A stretch of 64,000 nt of DNA from Piromyces finnis finn (Eukaryota > Fungi > Neocallimastigomycota), in the NCBI GenBank assembly GCA_002104945.1, contig MCFH01000027.1, forward strand, positions 310,001 to 374,000. The letters run 5' to 3'. The notes under the pieces are model-generated. The model ran no database searches. It saw nothing but the letters and a program-made list of their open reading frames with translations, and had not been told where the DNA came from. Shown one piece after another: positions 21,801-35,423 of this stretch; position 1 is the stretch's first letter; the number at the start of each line of letters is the position of its first letter. A program made the position numbers and the translations under genes.

Positions 21801-23121
21801 TTTTTTTTTTATAAATTAAATTTCAAATTGATGTTATTGAATTGAAGTTCAAATATATATATTTATTATTATTATTATTGCATAATATAATTGTATCATA
21901 AATAGAATTTAATATTAATATTTAAATTACAAAAAAATAATATAATAAAAAATTTCAAATTAAAATTTAAATTTTAATTTGAAATTCATTATCAATAAGA
22001 ATGTTTGAATATCTATTTTAAGATAATAAAAACAAATAAATAAATATTAAAAATAATTACTTGTAAAACGGGCTTCTCTTTCCAATCTTGATTCTAAACT
22101 TTGAACACCATACGTTGATTCACAAATCATAATATCTGTATATAAATTATTAGGCTTTTCAGCAGCCATTAAATGTCTATCTTCTTCACGAGAATAATCA
22201 CCAGTATATAAAAGTTTTACACTTGCAATTTCAATTAAAAACATTGCTGCGCCAATAACATGTCCTGCATTATATCCTGTAAATTTTATACCTTCAACTT
22301 CTACTTCTTGGTGATAATCAATAGTTTCTATTTTTTCACAACTGTTTATAATATCTTTTTCGTCGTACAATATATCATCAACAACAACATTACTTTATAT
22401 AATTATTGGAATTTTAATGAATGTATTTTTTCAAATATTATTGTAATATTAAAATATAATGAATTTTTTAATAATAATACCCTACCTTACTCTCATATAA
22501 TCAGAGATTAACCATTTATAAATGGCTTTTGTTGGGTGAGTCATAAATACTCTTCCCTTAAATGTTGTCTATTTATTTATTAAAAAAAAAGATTTCAAAT
22601 TTATTTAGTTTTTTATTTAAATAAATAAAAAAAATAAAAAAAAAAAAAGGTACCTTTTCTAAAAAGTAAGGTAAAGAAGCAGCATGATCCAAGTGGAAAC
22701 TATTAAATTAAAGCATCAAAACATTATATAAAAAAAGGAATCAATAAATGTATAAATGCATATTATATATAATATTATATATTTATCAATTATTCATTAT
22801 TTAAATATAATATATATTTTAAAATATAAAGAAATAGAAAAAGTACTGTGTAATTAAAACAATATCAATTTCAGAAGGGTCTATTTCATCAAAAAAGGGC
22901 AATGATGATAAGCCAGTATATGCTGGATGAATACCACAATCAAGCTACATCAATGTTAATATTAAAAATATATATATATTAATTATATTATATAATTGTA
23001 TATTTCAAAATAAGATTTTTTTTATTTAATCAACATAAACGTTTGATTGAATAATTAATAAAGTATTAATCCACTGAAATTAAAGTAATACTTTTACTAT
23101 AATTATAAATACTTTTTCTAT

Positions 23122-23159
<38 letters not shown>

Positions 23160-23383
23160 TTATTTTTATTTTATTTTATTTTATTGAGAATTTATTTTAT
23201 TTTATAAAATCTAAATAATTTTAAATATTATTATTATACCATAATTGTTTTTCCCTTATATTCCAGAAGAATACATGATCTTCCTACTTCATTACCAGCA
23301 CCTAATGGTGTGATTTTTAGCATATCGGTCTGATTACCACTACCAGGTACCTCTATCTCAATTGCTTTTCTTTTTACACCCAT
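18748..23383 (-). CDS. YSH1: mRNA 3'-end processing endonuclease CPSF73/Ysh1 (MBL + beta-CASP), multi-exon, acidic C-tail
   Basis: [14 protein letters not shown]; [23 protein letters not shown]; [13 protein letters not shown]; [12 protein letters not shown]; [14 protein letters not shown]; [12 protein letters not shown]; MASPGMLQ; SFSAHVDY; [13 protein letters not shown]. Confidence 0.93.
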
Positions 23384-23575
23384 TATAAATTAATAATAAA
23401 AGTTAAAGATAAAAAATTAATTTATATAAATATTATTAATACTTCTTTTAATACATGTTAATACATAAGTATTTAATTATATAATGTAATTAATACATAA
23501 TTGTATTTATAAAAATTTTATTTATTTATTATTAAATTTCCATATTTACTAACAATACATAATATTTCATATAAT

Positions 23576-23577
<2 letters not shown>

Positions 23578-23667
<90 letters not shown>
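23578..23667. repeat. Back-to-back (AAT)n-(ATT)n microsatellite, a self-complementary array
   Basis: An AAT run is followed directly by a TAT/ATT run, just upstream of the YSH1 start. Confidence 0.85.
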
Positions 23668-23670
<3 letters not shown>

Positions 23671-23878
23671 GATATATATATATATATCTTTTCTTCTTTA
23701 AAAAAAAGAGAAACTAATATATTTTTATTCATATAAAGAAAAATTAAATTCGACTGCTCAAATTAAATGAAATAAAAATAAAATAGAAATTTCAGATATA
23801 AATGTAATTTCCACTAAAATTCCATTAATAAAAAAACTCATATCAATATAGATAGACATGAGGAATTAAATTATTACT

Positions 23879-24540
23879 TTTTTTTTTTTTTTTTTTTTTT
23901 TTTAACGGCATCAAATATTTTAAACTTTATTATTAATTTAATTAAAATTATAATACATGTAATAAAAAATTAAAAATAAAAATAAAAATAAAAAAAATAT
24001 GTTTAAATAAACACAAATGAATAAAAATTGGGTATAATGTATTCTAGTAATTTTAATTAAAGTAAGAAAGCCACTATCATACTAAAGTATAATAATTGTA
24101 TTTGACTTCCAATGGGACACCGAGCCAAAGATCAAAATTTTGTCATGGAACAAAATTATGATCTCCATTGGTTGCGCTGGCCCTCCTGGCCTGTCTTACT
24201 GTTTCTTCAGCATTGACGCTCTTGGATGTTGCTTCAAACCTTTTGAACATTGACCATTACTGGCCAATAGCAAAAGGCATGATTTTGGTTAGAAGCTCCG
24301 CGGTTACCGTCAAGAATGGTGTTCCTTCATTAGTACCAGATTGAATCTGACGCTTACAAAGTTCTTTCCATTCCCTTGAATTGTAATTAATATTGTTAAA
24401 ACTTCTTCCCCCAAGAAGGAATTTAAATATTTTACTGCACACACTAGAATAATCATACACATTAATATTCACCGGATTATTAGAACTATTACTATCATTA
24501 ACTAAATTACTATCTAAATTAGAATTATTATCATCACTAT
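23879..24540 (-). mobile_element. LINE copy A: 5'-truncated (~660 bp) insertion with poly(A) and 13-bp TSD
   Basis: Near-identical to the 3' end of the full-length copies, with a poly-T run at 23878-23903. TSD ttaaattattact at 23866-23878 and 24541-24553. Confidence 0.92.
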
Positions 24541-25045
24541 TTAAATTATTACTAACAATGACAATTTCACCAATATTTTATATTTATATTATATATTGTT
24601 TAATTCAAATAATACTTTCTTTTTCTTCTGCTAAAACGTATATTTTGAAGAATTTATTATAGTAAAATTTATATTTAATTAACATAAATAAATTAAACAA
24701 AAAATTATAAAAAATATAGTACACTATACACTGATAATTTTAATTAAATAAAAAATAACTATTATACTAAAGTATATTCATTATATTTAACTCACGATAA
24801 TATTAAATATTGATTGTACTAATTCCATTATCCTATATTATTGTTTCTTCAGTATTAGTACTCCAGGAATACTTTTATTTTTATCAAAAAATCGAATTTT
24901 ATATAATTTATTAATTTTTACTGCTATATTATTGTGAAAGAAAAATCGTATTACATTATAATATGAACTTAAATTTTAATGATACAGCTTAATTATATTA
25001 ACAAAAATAATATTAATATATAAAAAAAATTTTATTTATATTTTA

Positions 25046-25274
<229 letters not shown>

Positions 25275-25600
25275 TTAATGTATAGTTTGTTTCTATTTTC
25301 ATTTAAATAAATAATGTTTTGGTTATATAATATATTTTATATTATTATATTGTATTTACAAATAAAAAATAGTAAAACGTTATTTAAGATATTTTTTAAA
25401 TTTTAATTTATTAATGGATTGCTTTTCGGTTTTAAATCATTTATAAACGGTTTTAAATATTATTTATTATTTTAAATACTTTTTAACGGTTTTAAATGAT
25501 ATGGACTTGGAATTTATATACAACGTAATTCACGTTTTATATATTTTTTCTTCTCATTTTAAAAAAAAAATTGCTAAAAAAAATTTTTTTATTTTTATTC

Positions 25601-26443
25601 TTACTTGGATTTGGATTCATTTTTTAACTTATCACTGTTTATGTAGGAACTTAAATCAAATAAGGCTGATCCACCAGATGTAACTGTTGGAAGCTTACCA
25701 TCCCACTTTTCAACAAATTGCATCATAATGATTTTTTCGGTTAATTGTTGATTTTTAAGTTGATAGGCTTCGGCTTCAGCTTTAGACTTTTCAACCATTT
25801 GTTCTGCTTCAACTTTGATTCTTGCAAGATCTTGTTCAGCTTTTAAAGCTTGTTGTTGAGCTGTTTGCTTTGCTTCAATAGCTTTGTTAAATTCTTCGGA
25901 AAAATCAAAGTTTATAATATTAAGAACTTCAATAGTTAAACCATATGGACTTATCTTTTGTAAAATTTCTTTTTCCATTTCTGAAGATACTACTGCGCGA
26001 TTAGTAATAAGTTGTTCTGCATTGTATTTAGCTGCTACCGATTTAACACATTCTTGAATGGCTGGATTTACAATGACTGTATTATAATCAGTACCAACAT
26101 TCTTGTAGATATTTGCAGAAGATGCAGGATTTACTCTGTAATTGATTGCTACTTTTGTAGAAATAAATTGTAAATCCTTAGAAGCTGCATTAGATTCAAC
26201 TTCTGTTTTGGTTACTCTGTTATCGACTTGAACAATACTAGTTATAATTGGTAATTTTAAGTGAAATCCTTCACTAAGAACGCTATCGGATACTTTTCCT
26301 AAATTCACTTTAACACCTGTGTGACCTGCATCGATCACTGTAAAGCTAAAGAATCCAAGAATCAATACAAGTAAGACTACTATAACAGTAATTACAATTT
26401 TAATTATTTTTTTTCCAGTTTTGCTATCATCAAAATCCATCAT
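25601..26443 (-). CDS. SPFH/band-7 (prohibitin-family) membrane protein, bacterial type, intronless (copy 1)
   Basis: N-terminal TM anchor; IDAGHTGVKVNLGKV; GFHLKLPII; AASKDLQ; FDFSEEFNKAIEAKQTAQQQALKAEQDL coiled coil; EKWDGKLP end motif. Confidence 0.9.
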   Translation of the reverse strand: MMDFDDSKTGKKIIKIVITVIVVLLVLILGFFSFTVIDAGHTGVKVNLGKVSDSVLSEGFHLKLPIITSIVQVDNRVTKTEVESNAASKDLQFISTKVAINYRVNPASSANIYKNVGTDYNTVIVNPAIQECVKSVAAKYNAEQLITNRAVVSSEMEKEILQKISPYGLTIEVLNIINFDFSEEFNKAIEAKQTAQQQALKAEQDLARIKVEAEQMVEKSKAEAEAYQLKNQQLTEKIIMMQFVEKWDGKLPTVTSGGSALFDLSSYINSDKLKNESKSK

Positions 26444-26574
26444 TTTTCTTTTATCTGTTTTGTTTATTTATTTTATTTATAATAGAAATTTATTATATAT
26501 TTATATATTTATTGTTTTGTTTTTATAAATTTATTTTTATATTGATCGTTTTTTTTTTTTTTTGTTTGTTTGCT

Positions 26575-26678
26575 TTGTTTTTGTTTTTGTTTTTGTTTTT
26601 GTTTTTGTTTTTGTTTTTGTTTTTGTTTTTGTTTTTGTTTTTGTTTTTGTTTTTGTTTTTGTTTTTGTTTTTGTTTTT
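26575..26678. repeat. (TTTTTG)n hexamer repeat, read as (CAAAAA)n on the SPFH sense strand
   Basis: Direct reading. It gives rise to the spurious KNKNKN and FLFLFL ORFs. Confidence 0.9.
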
Positions 26679-28484
26679 TGAATTTTCAAAGGAAAAAAAA
26701 AAGGTTTTTATATAAAAAAGCAAAATAAAAGTAAAATAAAATAAACTTTTTTAATGTAGTACAAAATAAATAAAAAATAAAAATTAAAAAATGGCAGTAA
26801 ATTTTTATAAAAAAAAAGTCCTAAATAAATTATTATTAATTAATTTAATGATGTAAATATTACTTTGAAGAATTGATATTTTTATTAATTTTTATATCTA
26901 ATCTATAGAATATTCTATTTATTCTATGTAACTGCCATGTATAAAAATGAAATTTTATATTATATAATAAATTAAAAAAAATAAATTAAATAACTTTAAT
27001 TATTAATAAAATACTTTTATTAATAAATACATATATTAAATTATAAACAGTTTCAAACATGACATGACAAGACATGACATTCATAAGATAAAAGCATATA
27101 ATAAAAGTATGATATAACAAACATAAATACTACATTCTATTTAATTTTATACTTAAAATTTTAATAATTATGTTATTCTTATATTTTTTATATTTAATAA
27201 CTAATAACTAATTAATTAGTTTTTAAATATAAAAATAATATATAATATGTATATTATATATTATAAATATTCTTTATCTCTTTTTCTATTAAAAAACTCT
27301 ACTTAATATAAAATTATGAAAATTCTTTAAATAATATTGTAATTTGGTAGCTTTCCTTTTTCTTATAGAATAATTTATTAAGTTACTCTACAATCATTGG
27401 AACATAAGGTTTAATTAATTTTTATTTTGTTGTTGTTATTGTTTTTTATTATAATATATATATCATCATTAGTTTAAAGATTATTGATTAAGTTTATTTT
27501 TTTTTTTTTTTTTTTGACTTCCAAATGCATTTCTCTCATCAATCCCAATGGTGATTCTTAGAGTAACGTTGACTCTTTTCTATTGCTAGATGGTTGTGAT
27601 TAGAATTAAAAATTTTTGTAAATTAATTTATTAATGATTAAAAGTCCAACTAAAGTTAATTATAAAATATTATGTTATATTAATTCGATATAAGTTATGA
27701 TTATTTTATGTTTAATATAGAAATATTTGGATTAAATATTTGATTACTTAATATTTTTATAATAATAAACTTAAAATGATGAAAGTTTAATCAAATTGGA
27801 CATTAAAATATCTATTAATAGAATAGTTTATAAAACGAAAAACTTTTCTTGAATGATTCTAAATGACCTACCACCATATTATATTTAATGACAATAAATT
27901 CTTTAAGTTCTTTACACTACTTCAGTTATTAACGTTTATATAATAATACTACATAATAAAAGAAAAATAAATTTTTAATAATATTAGTAATCAATATTAG
28001 TAAACTACTATAAGCTAAATAAATCAAATGAAATTTTATACAACGATTTTATATTATTTAAAAAAAAAAAAAAAATTAAATATTAAATTAGAAAATAATA
28101 ATTTCTTTTTATTAGTTCATTTAAACTTTATTTATATTTTAATGTATAGTTTGTTTCTATTTGCATTTAAATAAATAATGTTTTGGGTATATAATATATT
28201 TTACATTATTATATTGTATTTACAAATAAAAAATAGTAAAACGTTATTTAAGATATTTTTTAAATTTTAATTTATTAATGGATTGCGTTTCAATTTTAAA
28301 TCATTTATAAACGGTTTTAAATAATTTTTTAGTATTTTAAATATTATTTATTATTTTAAATACTTTTTAACGGTTTTAAATGATATGGACTTGGAATTTA
28401 TATACAACGTAATTCACGTTTTATATATTTTTTCTTCTCATTTTAAAAAAAAAATTGCTAAAAAAAATTTTTTTATTTTTATTC

Positions 28485-29329
28485 TTACTTGGATTTGGAT
28501 TCATTTTTTAACTTATCACTGTTTATGTAGGAACTTAAATCAAATAAGGCTGATCCACCAGATGTAACTGTTGGAAGCTTACCATCCCACTTTTCAACAA
28601 ATTGCATCATAATGATTTTTTCGGTTAATTGTTGATTTTTAAGTTGATAGGCTTCGGCTTCAGCTTTAGACTTTTCAACCATTTGTTCTGCTTCAACTTT
28701 GATTCTTGCAAGATCTTGTTCAGCTTTTAAAGCTTGTTGTTGAGCTGTTTGCTTTGCTTCAATAGCTTTGTTAAATTCTTCGGAAAAATCAAAGTTTATA
28801 ATATTAAGAACTTCAATAGTTAAACCATATGGACTTATCTTTTGTAAAATTTCTTTTTCCATTTCTGAAGATACTACTGCGCGATTAGTAATAAGTTGTT
28901 CTGCATTGTATTTAGCTGCTACCGATTTAACACATTCTTGAATGGCTGGATTTACAATGACTGTATTATAATCAGTACCAACATTCTTGTAGATATTTGC
29001 AGAAGATGCAGGATTTACTCTGTAATTGACTGCTACTTTTGTAGAAATAGATTGTAAATCCTTAGAAGCTGCATTAGATTCAACTTCTGTTTTGGTTACT
29101 CTGTTATCGACTTGAACAATACTAGTTATAATTGGTAATTTTAAGTGAAATCCTTCACTAAGAACGCTATCGGATATTTTTCCTAAATTCACTTTAACAC
29201 CTGTGTGACCTGCATCGACAACAGAAAAACTAAGAAATCCAAGAATCAATACAAGTAAGACTACTATAACAGTAATTACATTTTAATTATTTTTTTTCCA
29301 TTTTCACTTAATTTGTTCTCAAATTCCAT
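28485..29329 (-). pseudogene. SPFH/prohibitin copy 2 with a 1-bp frameshift near the N-terminus (pseudogene or assembly indel)
   Basis: Almost identical to copy 1 at a 2884-bp period. From the ATG at 29329 it reads ...ATT AAA ATG TAA where copy 1 has ATT AAA ATT GTA, so one base is missing near 29280. Confidence 0.7.
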
Positions 29330-32300
29330 TTTTATTTATTAATTAATTTATTTATTTATTTAATGATTTATAATTTAAGTTTTATTATTATATAATATGT
29401 TTAACTCTTTGTTTTTATTTGTTAATTTTATTTATATATATTTGGTATTTTTGCTTTTTTTGTTTTGTTTTTTTGTTTTTGTTTTTTAAAAGAAAAAAAA
29501 ACTTTCTTTTATATAAAAAAAATGTGAATTAATTGTAAATAATATTTTAAATTAAAAAATTTCTTTATGTAAAATAACATAGCAGTAAATTAACATTAAG
29601 TTTTATAAATTTTTAAAATTTAATCTAAAAAAAAAAAACTTTAAAATCAATATAATTTTGGTAATGTGACTTTCAAATTTAGTTTGGTATTTTTTTAATA
29701 TTTTTTTAATATTCATTTATTCCTTTATATATTAAAATGAATATATAATTAAACTGACACGTTTATCCATATGTTTTTACAGTTTAATAATATTTTTTTA
29801 AGAATATTATTCAATAAATATTAACTCCAAAAATATAAGATAATAATTTTAAAAATGTAAAAGTTTTAGATAACTATATATATTAATAGATATAATATTC
29901 AAATTAAATAATTCAAAAAAAAAAAAGTCATATTATTTAAAAAAATATATAAAATGATGAAATATACCACTTTTATCAATATATTTTTAAATACTTATGA
30001 AAGTAATAATTTTTATATTAAACTTTTAAAATTATTCTTCTAAATATAAAATATTGTTTTATAAATGAATAATGAAATAAGAAAAAGAATTTTCTACTTT
30101 TTAATATGAATAATGATTATAAAATGATGAATTATCAATAAATTATTCTTCTAAATATAATATTATTACCATATTATATGTTATATAAAATAAAAAAATA
30201 TATTTTTACATTATATAAGTATAGTTAGAATAGAAATTATTAATAAGTTATATTTTTAAATATAATATTGTTTTTGGAAATATATATATTTACATAAATA
30301 CCTAAAATACCTAACCTCTATATAAATTCCTACTTTTGAAATGCACAAAAAATTCATAATAAAATGATAAAGATATTAAATGAGTATGAAATATTAATTT
30401 AAACTTAGAGACTTATATATTCCTATTAAATTGAATGACGGCCATTAAAACAATTATTAAGATAAAAATAGAGTATCAATAATAGAAAATATTATAATAA
30501 AGTAAATATATATATGATATTATTTTATTTATTTCATGATTAAATAAATATATTTTAATTATTATAATTTACTTATTCAAAGATCAGTTTAATTATGAAT
30601 ATATATATTAATAACATTAAAATAAATTTATCTATTTAATATTTTTCATTTTATTTCAATGTTATTAACTAAAATTTTTTACGATAGTTTATTAACAATT
30701 CTGATATTTTTTAATTTATTAAATAATTAAATATTTGTTTTTTAATAATTTTTAACAGAATATTAAATTTTATTATATTTCATTTTAAATTAAACTTCAA
30801 TTTTCCTTATAGCATATTAAATCAAATTTTATTTAATATATTTTTGAACTGTCCCATATGTCCCATACAATAATAAATATTAATTCTTATATGGTACAAT
30901 TACAATAATAATCTATAAAAATTTTTAAAAATCTTTAACCATTATAAAAATTAAAAAAATCTTTATTATTAATATAAATGCTAATATAATTATTATATTT
31001 CCTCTGAAATTCTTTTGAAAACCAACAACTAATAGAATTTAAAACATTTAAAATATTTTATTTTTTTTGTTTATTTTCTTTATTCTAGTTATCTGACTAT
31101 TACTTATTTTTTTAGTGATATATTTTTCATCTAACTCCATATTTAAGCATAAATTTTATTCCAGATATATTAAATTAATTTAGCAGTTAACTAAAAATGA
31201 TATTAGACTTTCTATATATAGTTTATATCTTATTATTTAATTTTACTATACAAAATATTAAATGATGAAAGCAAGCCTCAAATTTAAATTTTAACATTTA
31301 TACGAATTTCCAATACTATCTTTGGTATACAATTTTTAAAAAGTCTTAGAATAAATAACAAAGACAAAATTCATCATATTATTTTGTATATAATTTGATT
31401 TTTTTAATATAAATTAATAAACAATAAGAATAATATTATTTAAATATTATGAGACATTATTTTATAACATTTAATATAATAATAATGTCTCATATTAATA
31501 ATTATAATAGATTTTATTTCATTGAAACACTTAATTAATTAGGAATTTATACAATATATAAAATTATATTCTATACATATTACTTATGTTAGATTATGTA
31601 TATTTCAAATTTTATTTATTATTATTATTTAATCTATATTTAGTAAATATTACAATACACATATAGTTTAAAGTGTATTTATAACATTTAAAACAATGTA
31701 TCACATGATCACTAGAATGGAAAATTATTGAAAACTTTATTAATTAATAACTTTACTATTATAGAAATTAAACATAAAATGTATCTAGAGAAAAGAAAAA
31801 TATATAATAAATAAGGTTTACATGGAAATTTTAATTTATTTATTACTATCTAAATATTTATATTGTTTAAAAAAAATTTTTTTAACAATTAGAAAAAAAT
31901 CAACCTTAATAAAATGTAAAATAAAATATAGTAGAAATAAAAAAAATACTTAAACAATAAAATATATATATTAAGAAAAATAAAACACTTATTTAAACAA
32001 TAACAGTAACATATAACATTCATTTTTTTCTTAATTTAATAAAATCTATTCTTAATAATTTGAGATTTTTTAAATATTAAAATATATAAAGAGATCTATA
32101 CATGCATAAAAATAAAGGAATATATACATAAATATTAGTATATAACAATATATTCTTTTACAATAATATTAAATTTATATGACTATAATATAATATATAA
32201 TTCATAGATATAACCAATATATTAATATCAATTATATAATATAACATATAATCAACATTGATTTAATTAATGATGCTTTCTATATGAATTTTTAAATAAT

Positions 32301-33262
32301 ATGCTTTCCATTAGTTTAATATATTTTCTTATTATTGTTTCCCTTTATCATGACATAAGTTCCGTGTAAACATAATAAAAAGTAAAAGTTTTATATTAAT
32401 TTTGTGCCTTTACCTTTTTAATAATATAATTATAATCAAAGTTGTAGAATGTTAAGAGTTTAGATAAATACATAAATTATACCTGATTAACATTTAATAC
32501 CAAGCCTTTATATAAAAGAATTTTAAATTTATAATATAAAGCCTTTCTCAAATCTTGAGTTAATTATATTTACTTTATTGAATGAGTATCTCAAAAAATA
32601 TTTTTATATATTAATAATAAATATATACTTTTCTCAACATAATATTAATTTTATTGTTATTATAGTCTTCCAATATAATTTTAATTAAAGAAAATTTTCC
32701 ATTTTATTATCTAACATTTTTTTAAAAAAATGATATTGTTAAGATTTATTAATTTAATTTTATATTAAAGTTTACATAAAAAAAAGAAAAAAGAAAAACT
32801 TTTTATATCCAATAAAAAAAGAGTTTATTGTTATACAACATTAAAAGATTTCAAAATGAAAATAATAAATATTTTTTAAATTATATAAAATAAAATTTTA
32901 TTAATTCTTTTTTTTATATGATTTAAACTTTTATGAATAATCCGTTACGATAAATAAAATTACTACGAAAGTATTAAGAATTTAAAAAAAAATAAACTAT
33001 TCGAATATAATATTAATATATTTATATGGAAACGATTATATATTAAATATATATGTAAACTTTTTTTATTTTTAGTATAAATATGATGATTTTTTTTCAA
33101 AAAAAAAAATAATTTCTTTAAAACTTTAGTTTTTTTATTTTTAAAAAAAATAATTATAATTTTCTCTGGAAGAAAATCATAACAAATAAAATAAAAAATA
33201 ACTTAATTGATAGTTGTGCAAGACACATTATATAATAATTTTTTAAAAAAATATTGCTAAAA

Positions 33263-34729
33263 ATGAAGACTTCTATTGCTTTAACTGCTGTTGCTGCTCT
33301 TGCCGCTAAGGCTTCTGCTGCTTGCTGGTCCCAAAATTTAGGTTACCCATGTTGTTCTTCCAGCTCTGCTCAAGTTTGGTTCACCGATAATGATGGTGAA
33401 TGGGGTGTTGAAAACGGTGACTGGTGTGGTATTCCAAAGGCTGAAAGCTGCTGGTCTCAACCATTAGGTTACCCATGCTGTACTTCTACCTCTACTGCTG
33501 TTTACACCGATAACGATGGTGCTTGGGGTATTGAAAACGGCGATTGGTGCGGTATTGTTTCTGGTAGTGGTTCTACCACTGGTAACACTGGAAGTACTGG
33601 TGACCTTACTATTGGTGCTCAATACACTCACTCTGGTAACCCATTCAAGGGTCACAAGTTCTTCATCAACCCATACTACACTGCTGAAGTTGATGCTGCC
33701 ATCGCTCAAATGTCTAACTCTTCCCTTATTGCTAAGGCTAAGAAGATGAAGGAATACTCTAACGCTATTTGGTTAGATACCATTAACAACATGAATGAAT
33801 GGTTAGAAAAGAATCTTAAGTACGCTCTTGCTGAACAAAATGAAACTGGTAAGACTGTCTTAACCGTTTTCGTTGTTTACGATTTACCAGGTCGTGATTG
33901 TCACGCTCTTGCCTCCAATGGTGAACTTCTTGCCAATGATGGTGACTGGGCTCGTTACAAGTCTGAATACATTGATGTCATTGAAGAAAAGTTAAAGACT
34001 TACAAGTCTCAACCAGTTGTTCTTATTGTTGAACCAGATTCTCTTGCTAACATGGTCACTAACCTCGACTCTACTCCAGCTTGTCGTGACTCTGAAAAGT
34101 ACTACTTAGATGGTCACGCTTACTTAATCAAGAAGCTCGGTGTTCTTCCACACGTTGCTATGTACCTTGATATTGGTCACGCCTTCTGGTTAGGTTGGGA
34201 TGATAACCGTGAAAAGGCTGGTAAGGTTTACGCTAAGGTTATTTCTTCTGGTTCTCCAGGTCAAGTTCGTGGTTTCGCTTCCAATGTTGCTAACTACACT
34301 CCATGGGAAGACCCAACTCTTTCTCGTGGTCCAGACACTGAATGGAATCCATGTCCAGATGAAAAGAGATACATTGAAGCTATGTACAAGGACTTCAAGT
34401 CTGCTGGTATCAAGTCTGTTTACTTCATTGATGATACTTCTCGTAACGGTCACAAGACCGATCGTACCCACCCAGGTGAATGGTGTAACCAAACTGGTGT
34501 TGGTATTGGTGCCAGACCACAAGCCAACCCAATTTCCGGTATGGATTATCTTGATGCTTTCTACTGGGTTAAGCCACTCGGTGAATCCGATGGTACTTCT
34601 GATACTAGTGCTAAGCGTTTCGATGGTTACTGTGGACACGCTACTGCCATGAAGCCAGCTCCAGAAGCCGGTCAATGGTTCCAAAAGCACTTTGAACAAG
34701 GTCTTGAAAATGCTAACCCACCACTTTAA
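33263..34729 (+). CDS. cel6: Cellulosomal GH6 cellulase/cellobiohydrolase: signal peptide, 2 fungal dockerins (CBM10), linker, GH6
   Basis: Two CWSQ.LGYPCC...[14 protein letters not shown] repeats; GH6 motifs [52 protein letters not shown]. Intronless with strong codon bias. Confidence 0.96.
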   Translation: MKTSIALTAVAALAAKASAACWSQNLGYPCCSSSSAQVWFTDNDGEWGVENGDWCGIPKAESCWSQPLGYPCCTSTSTAVYTDNDGAWGIENGDWCGIVSGSGSTTGNTGSTGDLTIGAQYTHSGNPFKGHKFFINPYYTAEVDAAIAQMSNSSLIAKAKKMKEYSNAIWLDTINNMNEWLEKNLKYALAEQNETGKTVLTVFVVYDLPGRDCHALASNGELLANDGDWARYKSEYIDVIEEKLKTYKSQPVVLIVEPDSLANMVTNLDSTPACRDSEKYYLDGHAYLIKKLGVLPHVAMYLDIGHAFWLGWDDNREKAGKVYAKVISSGSPGQVRGFASNVANYTPWEDPTLSRGPDTEWNPCPDEKRYIEAMYKDFKSAGIKSVYFIDDTSRNGHKTDRTHPGEWCNQTGVGIGARPQANPISGMDYLDAFYWVKPLGESDGTSDTSAKRFDGYCGHATAMKPAPEAGQWFQKHFEQGLENANPPL

Positions 34730-35154
34730 GCATTTTAGTCTTAATATTATTAATTCCACAACATCAAATAATATAAATAAATTATAAAAAAAAGGTATTA
34801 AAATAATAAAATATAAATAAAAAAATTAATATTAAAAAAAAATTAAATAATAGATTGATAATAAAATAAATTAAAATTAAAAATTTAAAATAAAAGAAAT
34901 AAATCTTATTATTGTTCATTAAAATTAAAGAAAATAAATAAAATAACAAAGAAGAAAACAAATATGAAAATGTTTAGAAATTTTATTTTTGTGTAAAAAT
35001 ATATAACTTTTTCTTTTTATTGAAATAATCTTATTGTAACTATTAAATTTAACAAAAAATGAATTTTGTTCAAATTAAAAAAAGATTTATATTATTGTAA
35101 TAAATTGATAATTAGTAATAAATAATATTCTAAAATACAATAAAAAAAAATAAT

Positions 35155-35422
35155 AAAAATATGTCGTAGACGTCATTTAGATAAAAAAGAGACATATTTG
35201 GCCTTTTTAGATCTCAGGAAAACATACGATTCAGTCCCAATCGGTAATATTCTCCATAATTTTGATTGTTTAGGAATCCGAGGAAAAAGTTGACAATTTA
35301 TTAAAAATTTATATTTAGCATCTAAGGCTAATGTCAAATTAGATGGACAATTCTAGAAATCTTTTGAGGATGCTTAAAAAAGATGCTAAAAAGAGTTAAT
35401 GAATGAGTTTGTATAATAAAAT
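35155..35422 (+). mobile_element. LINE copy B (older, degenerate), left part, interrupted by copy C
   Basis: Decayed RT sequence (AFLDLRK.YDSVP region) with stops. A ~166-bp internal deletion (ga microhomology) removes GVRQGCPLSP to FADD. The sequence resumes seamlessly at 41120. Confidence 0.88.
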
Positions 35423-35423
35423 A

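Noticed and set aside
30845-30870. ctgtcccatatgtcccata as a DNA-transposon terminal repeat
   Set aside because: No inverted partner or transposase remnant was found nearby.
29400-33100. Long AT-rich gap upstream of the first GH6 gene
   Set aside because: No ORFs, repeats or RNA-gene signatures that I can support; it looks like ordinary intergenic DNA for this lineage.
33464-34759. Overlapping and antisense ORFs on the GH6 genes (and their mirrors at 50.5-51.8 kb)
   Set aside because: By-products of strong codon bias; no recognisable domains.
35360-35370. The 166-bp deletion in copy B as a spliced-out intron
   Set aside because: No placement of the breakpoints within the ga microhomology gives GT...AG ends.
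35155-35422. RIP-like hypermutation of old LINE copies
   Set aside because: The differences inspected are a mix of transitions, transversions and indels, and several CpGs survive. No directional C>T pattern was seen by eye.
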